In this document: in pieces, positions 1 through 8,792 of the stretch
Layout: each line of letters opens with the position of its first letter
Numbering within the stretch: the stretch's first letter is position 1
Source: Candidatus Cloacimonadota bacterium
GTDB lineage: Bacteria; Cloacimonadota; Cloacimonadia; JGIOTU-2
Direction of reading: 5' to 3'
Assembly: GCA_049903315.1 (NCBI GenBank)
Contig: JBNGBT010000001.1
Coordinates: 261,497-325,496, forward strand
Length of the DNA: 64,000 bases
Notes under the pieces: model-generated
Seen by the model: the letters and a program-made list of their open reading frames with translations, nothing else
Told to the model about the DNA's origin: nothing
The model's database searches: none
Position numbers and translations under genes: made by a program

Positions 1-1
1 C

Positions 2-1810
2 TGGATATTCGTCAAAGATGGTTCGGGTAATGGCTATTCTGTGGTCGGTTCGGATGTGGCATATTGGTCGGAATCCGACGGTGATTATAATGAGAGCTCC
101 AATAATCACGTTGCAGCACTTTCGGATGTGTCACCCAATTATCAGAACGATCTCTATGCAATGGTCGTAAATACAGGCACTGGTGACAGCGTACAGGCAA
201 CACTTACAAAAAATGAAGTGAGCAAAGTAATATCTCTTCAAACCGGCGATTCTCACCTCGAAGTTCAGTACAGTTTTGGCAATGAAACAGGATACGTGAA
301 ATCCGGCTGGTCTTCCGATCTTCTCGATCTTATCTGGTCGGGAAAATCCAATCTGCAAAGAATGTGGGGGGACTGGGGAGAATATTGCGGACAAAGAAAT
401 TCTTCTTCCGGCGCAACAGGTGCGATCGTGATCGGTGATGCAGGTGCAGAATTCAATACAGAATTCGAAGGTACACTTGTCAAAGGAGATGAGATAAAAG
501 GACAGGGTAGCTTTGTCGTGTATCTTTTTGCAGGATTTACCAGTGCGCCCTATGATCCAAATAATAACAAAGTTGTAGAGCTTGATGCACTCGCGGATGA
601 ACTTCAGGATAGCTATGCACCGCGCATTGTGAACGAAGCAGCATACCTCGTGGGTGACAGTAAACTTCAGATCATTTATAACGAACCCGTTCAAGAATTA
701 AGTGCGATTGACCCCGGTCATTATTCATTTCAGAATTTCACAGGTTCATATTCAATAAATAATATTCAATTTTCACATGAGCGAAAAGTGACAATCACAA
801 TTAATGAAAGCTTCCAGCCCGGCGATCTTGGTGATGTCGTTGTCTCTAATGTGCTTGATCTGCATGGAAATCTCATTGATCCTGATTACGATACCGGAGC
901 AGTCACAGAAATTATTACACCACATGTTGTCGGCTCGATGAACGGATGGACACCCGGCAATCATGATTATGATTTCTTATTGATGGATAATGGTGTATGG
1001 CAGTCAGTGCTCTCGCTTCCCACAGGCAGTTATGAGTACAAGGTCATAGAAAGCAATAGCTGGAACGGCAATGACTGGCCCGGAGAAAATCAATCATTTG
1101 TTCTGGGAGAAGCATCGGTCATAACGATCTACGCGAATTGCGGTATTATGGTTGGAGAACAGAACTATGACGAGTATGTTTTCCACAGTCCAAATCCGCC
1201 TGTGGTCGTGGGGAATTTCCTCTCCGAGATCGGGGGAACCGACTGGAATGTGCAGACAACTCTCACCCTGATGAATGATGAAGGTATTGATGGTGATTCT
1301 GTTGCATTTGACGGCATTTACACCTACTTTGGCTCAATCCCGGCTGGTGAATACGAATACAAGATCGTACTCAATAATAACTGGGATCAAAATACCACTG
1401 GAGAGAACCTATATTTAAGCTTGAATGCGAACAGCGATGTGTATTTTTATTATAATATGGCACAAAACATAATATGGGCAGAGAATGCCGGTGTATCGGT
1501 CGATGAGCCGGATCAACCGCAGTATGAGATCAATATCACTCTTGCTCCCCCTCATCCATCACCTTTTAAAGACCAGCTTACGATCGATTATTATGTACGC
1601 CAGCCATCAAAAGTAACTTTGGAAATTTTTAATATAAAAGGACAAAAAATTCTTACTCTTATTGATAATGAACTGAAACAAGGAGCGAACTCGGTCACCT
1701 GGAACGGTCGTAATAATACGAACAATAAAATTCCTTCGGGAGTGTATCTTATTCAGCTTTCCACTTCTTATGAATTCTGTACAGAAAAAGCAGTGTTTTT
1801 ACATAAATAA
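2..1810 (+). CDS. 5'-partial secreted protein with tandem carbohydrate-binding-like beta-sandwich modules and a T9SS C-terminal sorting domain
   Basis: The open frame runs to window position 2 with no stop, so the gene starts upstream. The listed Met at 41 is an internal GTG. Two modules carry 'GSYEYKVIESNSWNGNDWPGEN' and 'GEYEYKIVLNNNWDQNTTGEN', which resemble starch-binding modules. The C-terminus 'SPFKDQLTIDYY...LEIFNIKGQKILTL...GVYLIQL' matches the Por_Secre_tail pattern. Confidence 0.6.
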   Translation, partial: WIFVKDGSGNGYSVVGSDVAYWSESDGDYNESSNNHVAALSDVSPNYQNDLYAMVVNTGTGDSVQATLTKNEVSKVISLQTGDSHLEVQYSFGNETGYVKSGWSSDLLDLIWSGKSNLQRMWGDWGEYCGQRNSSSGATGAIVIGDAGAEFNTEFEGTLVKGDEIKGQGSFVVYLFAGFTSAPYDPNNNKVVELDALADELQDSYAPRIVNEAAYLVGDSKLQIIYNEPVQELSAIDPGHYSFQNFTGSYSINNIQFSHERKVTITINESFQPGDLGDVVVSNVLDLHGNLIDPDYDTGAVTEIITPHVVGSMNGWTPGNHDYDFLLMDNGVWQSVLSLPTGSYEYKVIESNSWNGNDWPGENQSFVLGEASVITIYANCGIMVGEQNYDEYVFHSPNPPVVVGNFLSEIGGTDWNVQTTLTLMNDEGIDGDSVAFDGIYTYFGSIPAGEYEYKIVLNNNWDQNTTGENLYLSLNANSDVYFYYNMAQNIIWAENAGVSVDEPDQPQYEINITLAPPHPSPFKDQLTIDYYVRQPSKVTLEIFNIKGQKILTLIDNELKQGANSVTWNGRNNTNNKIPSGVYLIQLSTSYEFCTEKAVFLHK

Positions 1811-1918
1811 ACTGAAAATATCTTAGATAGGTAGAGAGGAATGTTACTTTCTTTGGAAGGTTTATGATCTAAATGTATTAACCCACAAAAAAACAATATA
1901 ATTCTAAGGAGAATTACA

Positions 1919-3310
1919 ATGAAAAAAATTAGTATTTTAGTTGTGTTATTATTTGTTGCTGCAAGCTTGAATGCCGCAATTGGTTGGAGCGGAAATATTT
2001 GGCCAAATTCCGGTACTGACCAAACAAACGGAAGTGATATAACTGTATATTATCAGATGTGGAAAGATGGCACGACTGGTCCCGCAGGTCCAGATCCAAA
2101 TCTTTCAGCAACTTTGTATTATAAATTATCAACTCAGGGAACATACCAGTCAGTTGCAATGTCATATCTTGGAGCTGTTGGTAACAATGATGAGTATTCC
2201 GGTGCAATACCAAACACCTTTTTTTACACAGGTGATGTTGTAAATTTCTATTGTGAAGGATATGACAATACCGATGCCTCATATTCATATGGAACAGACC
2301 AAAATATGGCTGGTCCATTCACAGATGTAGCACCTGGAAGTTATAATATCGTTGCTGGATTAAATCAAGATGTTACTGTTACTTTCAATGTATATCTTGG
2401 CTATCAGGAAGCTTCAAGTTATGCTGGTGGTGTATCTGTTCAGGGTAGTTTGCTTCCTCTTGATTGGACACCCGGTTCAACCTTACTTACAGATGTTGAT
2501 GTAGATCTGATCTATACATGTGATGTTTTATTTCCAGCGGGAACGAATCCAAACTTAGAATTCAAGTTTACAAAGAGTGCTGATGGCTCAGCCTGGGATT
2601 GGGAGAGTCTTCCAAACAGACCTCTTACAATTGATGACTCATCACCTACACAAATAATTGATCCTCCGCTTTTATTCGATGCAGAAGGAACCCTTCCTGT
2701 CGAGCTTTCCGCTTTCACTGCAGTGTACATGAACGAATTTGTAACCGTCTCTTGGCAGACAGCGACAGAGACAGATGTGATCGGGTATAATATTTTCCGT
2801 TCCGAAGAGGATGATTTCTCGACCGTACAAAAAGTGAACACTTCGATCATACCCGGACACGGTACCACAACCACACCTCAATCTTATGAATTCACAGACG
2901 TCACTGCTGATCCTTATTACACAACTTACTATTACTGGCTCGAGGTCGTGAACTTTGGTGGAACCAATAATATTTACGGCTCGATCGAGTTTGAGCCGGT
3001 GGATGTTGATCAAAATGGTGAGATGAATATAATAACCTCTAATCTGCTTCCTAGTTTCCCGAATCCTGTGCATGTTGGTCAGTCCGTGAAATTCAGCTTC
3101 TGCCTTGGTGGACTTGAAGGAACAGTTCGTCCTGTTCAGCTGAGTATATATAATGTGCTCGGACAGCGTATTGCAGATGTCGTGAATGACGAGCGTGTGG
3201 TGAATAACTACACTGCTGAATGGAATACAGAAAATGTTGGACGCGGTATATATTTCTATCAGCTTAAGACCGAAGATTATCAAGAAACCAAAAAATTAAT
3301 GATCGACTGA
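1919..3310 (+). CDS. secreted protein with signal peptide, FN3-like module and T9SS C-terminal domain (paralog of 7291..8409)
   Basis: ATG at 1919 is preceded by AGGAG. The signal peptide is MKKISILVVLLFVAASLNA. The module 'LPVELSAFTAVY...WQTATETDVIGYNIFRSEEDDFSTVQKVN...GHGTTTTPQSYEFTDV' is shared with the 7291..8409 protein. The C-terminal domain is 'FPNPVHVGQSVKFSF...LSIYNVLGQRI...GIYFYQL'. Confidence 0.7.
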   Translation: MKKISILVVLLFVAASLNAAIGWSGNIWPNSGTDQTNGSDITVYYQMWKDGTTGPAGPDPNLSATLYYKLSTQGTYQSVAMSYLGAVGNNDEYSGAIPNTFFYTGDVVNFYCEGYDNTDASYSYGTDQNMAGPFTDVAPGSYNIVAGLNQDVTVTFNVYLGYQEASSYAGGVSVQGSLLPLDWTPGSTLLTDVDVDLIYTCDVLFPAGTNPNLEFKFTKSADGSAWDWESLPNRPLTIDDSSPTQIIDPPLLFDAEGTLPVELSAFTAVYMNEFVTVSWQTATETDVIGYNIFRSEEDDFSTVQKVNTSIIPGHGTTTTPQSYEFTDVTADPYYTTYYYWLEVVNFGGTNNIYGSIEFEPVDVDQNGEMNIITSNLLPSFPNPVHVGQSVKFSFCLGGLEGTVRPVQLSIYNVLGQRIADVVNDERVVNNYTAEWNTENVGRGIYFYQLKTEDYQETKKLMID

Positions 3311-3416
3311 TAATTATACAAACAGACCTGGCTGCTGCTTGAAGTGGCAGCCGGGTTGATACTTGTAATATATCTTTGAGTCGACAATGCTGATTAACAT
3401 GTCATCCCGACCCAAT

Positions 3417-3545
3417 CCATTTTGTCATTCTGAGCAAAATGAAATGACGCGAAGAATCTATTCGATAAAAACGAACTCACGTCTTAAGAAGTTACTGATG
3501 TTTATAATAAATAGATTCTTCACTGCGTTCAGAATGACAACGCCC
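3417..3545. repeat. ~120-bp structured repeat, copy 1 (internal inverted arms ttgtcattctgagc...gaagaatctattcg / atagattcttcactgcgttcagaatgacaa)
   Basis: Direct copy of the element at 3908..4032, about 80% identical. Each copy has imperfect inverted arms around a ~45-nt loop. Confidence 0.6.
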
Positions 3546-3604
3546 TTTAACCTGAGAGAGATGCACTTTACTTTCTGCAACGCATCTGAAAAGCTTGTGT
3601 GATA

Positions 3605-3904
3605 ATGGTCTATACAAAGAATTACTACGTATACATCATGACAAATCATTCTGGAACATTATACACAGGAGTTACTAACAACCTTGAAAGAAGAGTCTAC
3701 CAACACAAGCAAAAAGTGTTTGAAGGATTTACAAAGAAATACAATATAGATCGTCTTGTGTACTTCGAACATACTCATGATGTAAGAGTTGCGATCCTCA
3801 GAGAAAAGGAGATCAAGGGTTGGTTGCGCCAGAAGAAAATCAAGTTGATCGAAACAATGAATCCAGAATGGAACGACCTTAGCAAAGATTGGTTCGATGA
3901 ATAA
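3605..3904 (+). CDS. GIY-YIG nuclease family protein (small, ~100 aa)
   Basis: 'YYVYIMTNHSGTLYTGVTNNLERRVYQHK' is the canonical GIY-YIG motif (YxYIL...GxLYxGxT...RxxxH). ATG is at 3605; the longer listed start at 3599 is GTG. Confidence 0.8.
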   Translation: MVYTKNYYVYIMTNHSGTLYTGVTNNLERRVYQHKQKVFEGFTKKYNIDRLVYFEHTHDVRVAILREKEIKGWLRQKKIKLIETMNPEWNDLSKDWFDE

Positions 3905-3907
3905 TAA

Positions 3908-4032
3908 AAATTGTCATTCTGAGCGGAATGAAGTGAAGCGAAGAATCTATTCGTTCAAAACGAGCCCTAAGCTTGAGAAATTGCTATCAGCTATAGTACA
4001 TAGATTCTTCACTGCGTTAAGAATGACAAAGT
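3908..4032. repeat. ~120-bp structured repeat, copy 2
   Basis: 'ttgtcattctgagcggaatgaagtgaagcgaagaatctattcg...atagattcttcactgcgttaagaatgacaa'. Same orientation and same arm/loop layout as copy 1. Confidence 0.6.
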
Positions 4033-4084
4033 GTATAAAGTATGTAGAGAAAATATTTGTGTTGTCAAATCCATGCACATTATT

Positions 4085-7000
4085 ATGAAAAAAGCAATTC
4101 TCTTTGTACTGCTGGTCATTATATCAAACATCGGAGTATCCGCTCCGGTACATACTACCTATCTATGGCACCTGCAGCAGCCGATCTACTGGCCCGACAA
4201 AGGCACATGGAATGCCTTCCGTTATCAAACCTGCTGGGAGTCCCAGTGGCTGAAGAACAATAATGGCAACTGGTATTCCGACGGGCTGCAACATCCTTTG
4301 AATGACCTCGAGGATATATTTAATAAAGCAGATAGAGTTGCTGCATATCAATGGCGCTCAAAAGACGCAGTACAAACCCTTCTCAGTCTCTCTGATGCTG
4401 GAGCTCAAGTGAATTATTCCGGTTGTCTTATCGAAAACGTGCAGTCTCTCGCAGATGGAGGACAATGGGGTTACAGTTCCGGCTGGCAGGGAAATTTCCA
4501 GACTGCCCGTTCCTGGCAAACCTCGGGTGGTAATCCACGAATGGATATCACTGCTTTCACTTTTCATCATGCACTCGCACCCCTCATCGATGAGAACGCA
4601 CTGCATAAAGAAATTCAAACTCATCGTTATATTTACAACCAGTTCTTTGGAAATACTCCCGTATATTCAAAGGGATTCTGGCCTGCCGAATGCTCTTTCT
4701 CTGAGAGAATTATTCAAACGCTTGTTGAAGAAGGAATCGAGTGGTCAGTTATCGCAAACAGCCATCTGGCGAGAACCTGTCAGGATTATCCGCTGAGCTA
4801 TGGCACATCCGGTTGCAATATCGATCCGCCAAATCCGGCAGACATTCTCGGACCCATAGGCAGCAACTGGTGGAGTGGTCAGATCGATGGCAGGGGAGGT
4901 ACGTTCGCAGCTCCTTTCTGCTATCAGGCGCACAAAGCCAATTTTGTCGATCCTGAAACCGAACAGGTATATACGATCGATGTCATCCCAATGGCTGATG
5001 TCCTCAGCTATACGAATGGCTACGGCACAATGGGAACCGGCGAGATCGATTCGCACATTGCTCCTTATAATAATCCCTCCCAACCCTCGATAGTGCTCAT
5101 GGCACATGACGGAGACAATGCATGGGGCGGCGGATATGATTACTATATGAATTCTGTGCCGAACTTTGCGAATGCAGCAGCATCGCAGGGATATATTCCC
5201 TCGACCGTTCAGCAATTTCTGGATAATAATCCTGTTCCTGCAGATGACATCGTGCACGTGGAAGATGGAAGTTGGGTAAATGCCGCTATTGATTGGGGAC
5301 ATCCGCAGTTCATAAACTGGATCTGGCCCATGTATGACGGCAATTACCAATTTGATCCATTTGGCTGGACTGAGGACGTGCGCAATTGGGCAGTGATAAC
5401 CGCTGCGCAGAACAGAGTGGAAACTGCAGAGGATCTGGTCGGATCGGTTGATGTCAGCAAAATAGTATTTCCTGATGCAAGCGCAAATAATGCCGAACTG
5501 GCATGGCACTTTTTCCTGCCTTCACTCACAAGCGGGTATATGTATTACGGCACATCGCTGGATATGGAAGTCAAGCAGACAATTGCATGCAACAATGCCG
5601 CAGAATATGCAGATTATGAGATCGATGCTCATCCGGGGGAAGACGATGTTGCTCCCACACTTTTCATTCCACAGAGATTCCCGTACAATCCGGGCGGCGA
5701 GGGCTTTGGTCCTCTGTTTGGCTATCAAACTCATCAGAATTCCAGTGATTTCTATGTGTGGACTTTTGTCTATGATGTTTCAGGACTTTCCTCAGTCGAG
5801 TTGAAATACCGCATTGATAACGACGGAACGAATCCACTTGATTCTTATGATAATGAAACCTATGCAGGCGGCTCGGAAGTGGGAACCTGGCACTCGATAA
5901 CCATGTCTATGAGAAATTTTCCCACAGGAAATGTGACCGGGAATCCTGCAGTTGATTTCTTTGTGCTGCCGGATTACATTTCTGATGAATATTATGCAGA
6001 AATAAGCGGGTATACAGACTGTCTGATGGATTACTATGTCCAAGCTGAAGATAATCATGGCAATGTGAAGAAGTCCCCGATACAGCATGTGTATGTTGGT
6101 TCTGGTGGAGGTTCTACGCAAAGCTATGTGCAGTGGACACCGGAAGAACCGCAAGTCGGAGATGAACTCACGATTTCGTATGGTCCGGATGGTTCATTGT
6201 ATGATGCAGCACAGCTTCAGATACATCTTGGTAGGAATGGCTGGCAGAATGTCGACGATCATGCCATGACACTTAATGCTCAGGATACCGTGTGGACGTA
6301 CACCTACACTATTGAAAATGGTACAACAGTTATTGATTTCTGTTTCCATGACGGACAGGGCAATTGGGACAATAACAATGGACAGGACTGGCATGTGCAG
6401 GTGCAGGGAGCAAGCGTTCCCTTTATTATGGATGGCGTGGTCGATGCACAGGCAGAACTTGTGGCATTTACTTCTGAATTAGAACTCTGGGCAGCAGTTG
6501 ATAATGACTGGTGCTATGTGGCGTGCACTCCTGCAGGAAGTACGACCGACCTCTTTATGATGATCACAAGTGAGCTCTCTCAGATGACGTCAGCACCGTG
6601 GGCAAAAGCTGGGCAGGTTGCACAGTGGGATCTTTTCCTTGCACAGGAAGGTTCAAACGGCTACAATGCCTGGTATGATAATGAAGGCACGACCGGTGTA
6701 GCATTCAATTCTGTTTTGGAAGGATACTTCTCAATTGCTATGGAACTCGGTGCAGTTGACAGCTTCTATATAGCCATTGGAGAATACGGCACAAATGATG
6801 GAGGAGCACTCCAAGAGCAGCTTCCCACCGGTAATGGAGATGGAGATATCAACTTTGATGAGTATTTCACCTACAATATTCCAGTTGTCTCAATTGATCC
6901 TCAAAATCCACAACCTACAATCCATACATGGAATTATCCAAATCCTTTTAACAATTCGACTAAGATATTTTTCAATATTGATTCATCGCAAAAAGTTAAG

Positions 7001-7192
7001 AGTGTTGAAGTTTACAATGTTAAAGGTCAATTAGTAAGGTCATTAGAAATTAGAAATTTGAAATTTGAAATTAGTTCTGTGACTTGGGATGGTTGTGATA
7101 ATAACAACAACGCTGTATCCCCGGGTGTTTATTTCTATAAGGTAGAAGCAAAAAATGAAAGCTTCATACATAAAATGTTATTAGTAAAATGA
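4085..7192 (+). CDS. secreted GH57-family-like alpha-glucan-active enzyme with C-terminal starch-binding-like module and T9SS C-terminal domain
   Basis: ATG at 4085 gives the signal peptide MKKAILFVLLVIISNIGVSA. Four GH57-like regions occur in the right order: 'WHLQQPIYW' (region I, HQP), 'GCLIENV' (II, GQLEIV), 'WPAECSFSE' (III, nucleophile Glu) and 'AHDGDNAWGG' (IV, HDDGEKFGVW-like). 'GQGNWDNNNGQDWHV' looks like a starch-binding module. The C-terminal domain is 'NYPNPFNNSTKIFFNI...VEVYNVKGQLV...GVYFYKV'. Confidence 0.55.
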   Translation: MKKAILFVLLVIISNIGVSAPVHTTYLWHLQQPIYWPDKGTWNAFRYQTCWESQWLKNNNGNWYSDGLQHPLNDLEDIFNKADRVAAYQWRSKDAVQTLLSLSDAGAQVNYSGCLIENVQSLADGGQWGYSSGWQGNFQTARSWQTSGGNPRMDITAFTFHHALAPLIDENALHKEIQTHRYIYNQFFGNTPVYSKGFWPAECSFSERIIQTLVEEGIEWSVIANSHLARTCQDYPLSYGTSGCNIDPPNPADILGPIGSNWWSGQIDGRGGTFAAPFCYQAHKANFVDPETEQVYTIDVIPMADVLSYTNGYGTMGTGEIDSHIAPYNNPSQPSIVLMAHDGDNAWGGGYDYYMNSVPNFANAAASQGYIPSTVQQFLDNNPVPADDIVHVEDGSWVNAAIDWGHPQFINWIWPMYDGNYQFDPFGWTEDVRNWAVITAAQNRVETAEDLVGSVDVSKIVFPDASANNAELAWHFFLPSLTSGYMYYGTSLDMEVKQTIACNNAAEYADYEIDAHPGEDDVAPTLFIPQRFPYNPGGEGFGPLFGYQTHQNSSDFYVWTFVYDVSGLSSVELKYRIDNDGTNPLDSYDNETYAGGSEVGTWHSITMSMRNFPTGNVTGNPAVDFFVLPDYISDEYYAEISGYTDCLMDYYVQAEDNHGNVKKSPIQHVYVGSGGGSTQSYVQWTPEEPQVGDELTISYGPDGSLYDAAQLQIHLGRNGWQNVDDHAMTLNAQDTVWTYTYTIENGTTVIDFCFHDGQGNWDNNNGQDWHVQVQGASVPFIMDGVVDAQAELVAFTSELELWAAVDNDWCYVACTPAGSTTDLFMMITSELSQMTSAPWAKAGQVAQWDLFLAQEGSNGYNAWYDNEGTTGVAFNSVLEGYFSIAMELGAVDSFYIAIGEYGTNDGGALQEQLPTGNGDGDINFDEYFTYNIPVVSIDPQNPQPTIHTWNYPNPFNNSTKIFFNIDSSQKVKSVEVYNVKGQLVRSLEIRNLKFEISSVTWDGCDNNNNAVSPGVYFYKVEAKNESFIHKMLLVK

Positions 7193-7290
7193 ACAAAAGT
7201 CATTTTAAAATTCTTGACATAATTATGGTAAAATTAGAGAAAATATTAAAAAATAAAAAATTATTAATCCAGAATATTTTGGAGGTATAG

Positions 7291-8409
7291 ATGAAGAAAA
7301 TAGTAATAATTTTAGTTTTATTATTACCGAGTATTGTATATGCCGCAACTGGTTGGTTTGATGATTACATAACAATTAGTAAGAATGGTACACCTAACAC
7401 CTATTATCTGGTTGGTTCAGGAACTGATTTAAATGGATATGATTTTGGCACTGTATTAAGCTTGGTAATAACCAGTACTGATATGAAATACTGGAGTGAT
7501 ACTCAGGATCGTACGGGGGGAGCTTTCTATTGGCAAATTACATTAACTAACGATACAGTAGTCAATGGGCCAAATGAAGTAATCTGGTCTCATGCTTCTA
7601 TTGGAGGTAATGATTACCAAGGTACTTGGAGTGGCAGTATCAATACTTTAGAAGGTCTTTCTGCCAGTACTGATTATAAGTTAAAAATTTGGGCAAAAAG
7701 TTGGGGTACAGAGCAAGGTGATAGTTGGCTTTCTAATGGTGGAGCAAATTATGTGGCTACTTTTCATACAGACGCTACTCTTCCTGTAACCCTCTCAGCC
7801 TTCACTGCTCAATACTTAGCAGGTAAACCACTGCTGTATTGGACCACACAATCCGAGACTGACAACATGGGCTGGTTCGTGTATCGTAATCAAGAAGAAG
7901 ATTTCACTTCAGCTACAAAAGTTTCCGGCATGATAGAGGGACATGGCACAACTACTCAAACACAGTCCTATGTATATGAAGATGTCATTGCACATCCTCA
8001 AGTTGACGATGTGTATTATTACTGGTTAGAGAGTGTTGACTACAGCGGGACGATCCATCATTTTGATAAAGTGGCAATGATCACTATTCCTGATATTAAT
8101 AATCCAAATCCAAACATTACTCCTCCTCAAGTATACGACCTGATCTCCTCACCAAATCCATTCAATGAGACAACATGCATTAAATTTATGCTTACGCAGA
8201 CAGCATTTGTCGATGTTGCTATCTATGACGTCAAAGGCGCTCTCGTAAAATCATTTGATACACAGCATGTCACTGCTGATGATGAAGTATCAATGCAATG
8301 GGATGGTAGAGATGAGAATGGCAAATCCTTATCTAATGGCATTTACCTCTACTCAGTAAAAGTGAATGGGCAGGATTATTCGACAAAGCAAGTTATCCTG
8401 ATGAAGTAA
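7291..8409 (+). CDS. secreted FN3-like protein with T9SS C-terminal domain (paralog of 1919..3310)
   Basis: GGAGG lies 5 nt before the ATG. The signal peptide is MKKIVIILVLLLPSIVYA. 'LPVTLSAFTAQY...WTTQSETDNMGWFVYRNQEEDFTSATKVS...GHGTTTQTQSYVYEDV' parallels the 1919..3310 protein. The C-terminal domain is 'SSPNPFNETTCIKFML...VAIYDVKGALV...GIYLYSV'. Confidence 0.7.
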   Translation: MKKIVIILVLLLPSIVYAATGWFDDYITISKNGTPNTYYLVGSGTDLNGYDFGTVLSLVITSTDMKYWSDTQDRTGGAFYWQITLTNDTVVNGPNEVIWSHASIGGNDYQGTWSGSINTLEGLSASTDYKLKIWAKSWGTEQGDSWLSNGGANYVATFHTDATLPVTLSAFTAQYLAGKPLLYWTTQSETDNMGWFVYRNQEEDFTSATKVSGMIEGHGTTTQTQSYVYEDVIAHPQVDDVYYYWLESVDYSGTIHHFDKVAMITIPDINNPNPNITPPQVYDLISSPNPFNETTCIKFMLTQTAFVDVAIYDVKGALVKSFDTQHVTADDEVSMQWDGRDENGKSLSNGIYLYSVKVNGQDYSTKQVILMK

Positions 8410-8468
8410 AATTATAATAACCTCGTTCCTGTCCGCCAGCTGGCTGATGGGAACGTAATACACATTTC

Positions 8469-8496
8469 GGGGCTGATTTTTCAGCCCCCTTTTTTG
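8469..8496 (+). terminator. rho-independent terminator (GGGGCTGA-tttt-TCAGCCCC + T-run)
   Basis: Perfect 8-bp GC-rich stem followed by 'cttttttg', about 60 nt after the stop of 7291..8409. Confidence 0.8.
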
Positions 8497-8498
8497 TA

Positions 8499-8780
8499 AC
8501 CTCACCCTACCCCTCTCCTTCATAAGGAGAGGGAATAAAGGGAGAGGTTTTATTTTCATTTTCAAACCTTGAACAGTTTATAATAAGAAGGTGTTACCCA
8601 AAAGGGATTTGGTAACGAGGTGCGGAATGAAAATGATTTAAACCTGGAGTCTTCTGAAGTATATTTTTGTTATTCTCTACCTTCCCAAATCCCCCCTATT
8701 AAGGAGGGAGATGATAGTGACATTGCATTGGAAGGAAGTCCCGTCTCCTCTGTACTATAGGGAATTAAAGGGAGAGGTTA
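8499..8780. repeat. two degenerate copies of a short pyrimidine-rich motif ending in ...aaagggagaggtt, in a convergent intergenic region
   Basis: 8510-8548 reads 'cctctccttcataaggagagggaataaagggagaggtt', which contains a 9-bp hairpin CCTCTCCTT/AAGGAGAGG. 8746-8780 reads 'ctcctctgtactatagggaattaaagggagaggtt'. Only two copies with irregular spacing. Confidence 0.3.
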
Positions 8781-8792
8781 GAAATTATAATG

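Noticed and set aside
3387-3602. 71-aa ORF (and its twin at 3897..4088) called by the ORF track
   Set aside because: Both sit inside the two copies of the ~120-bp structured repeat. Their peptide similarity is explained by nucleotide repeat identity. The substitutions between copies are mostly non-synonymous, so there is no sign of protein-level constraint.
8499-8790. Possible CRISPR array, because short repeats lie in a long spacer
   Set aside because: There are only two imperfect copies with irregular spacing, no regular repeat-spacer periodicity, and no cas genes in the window.
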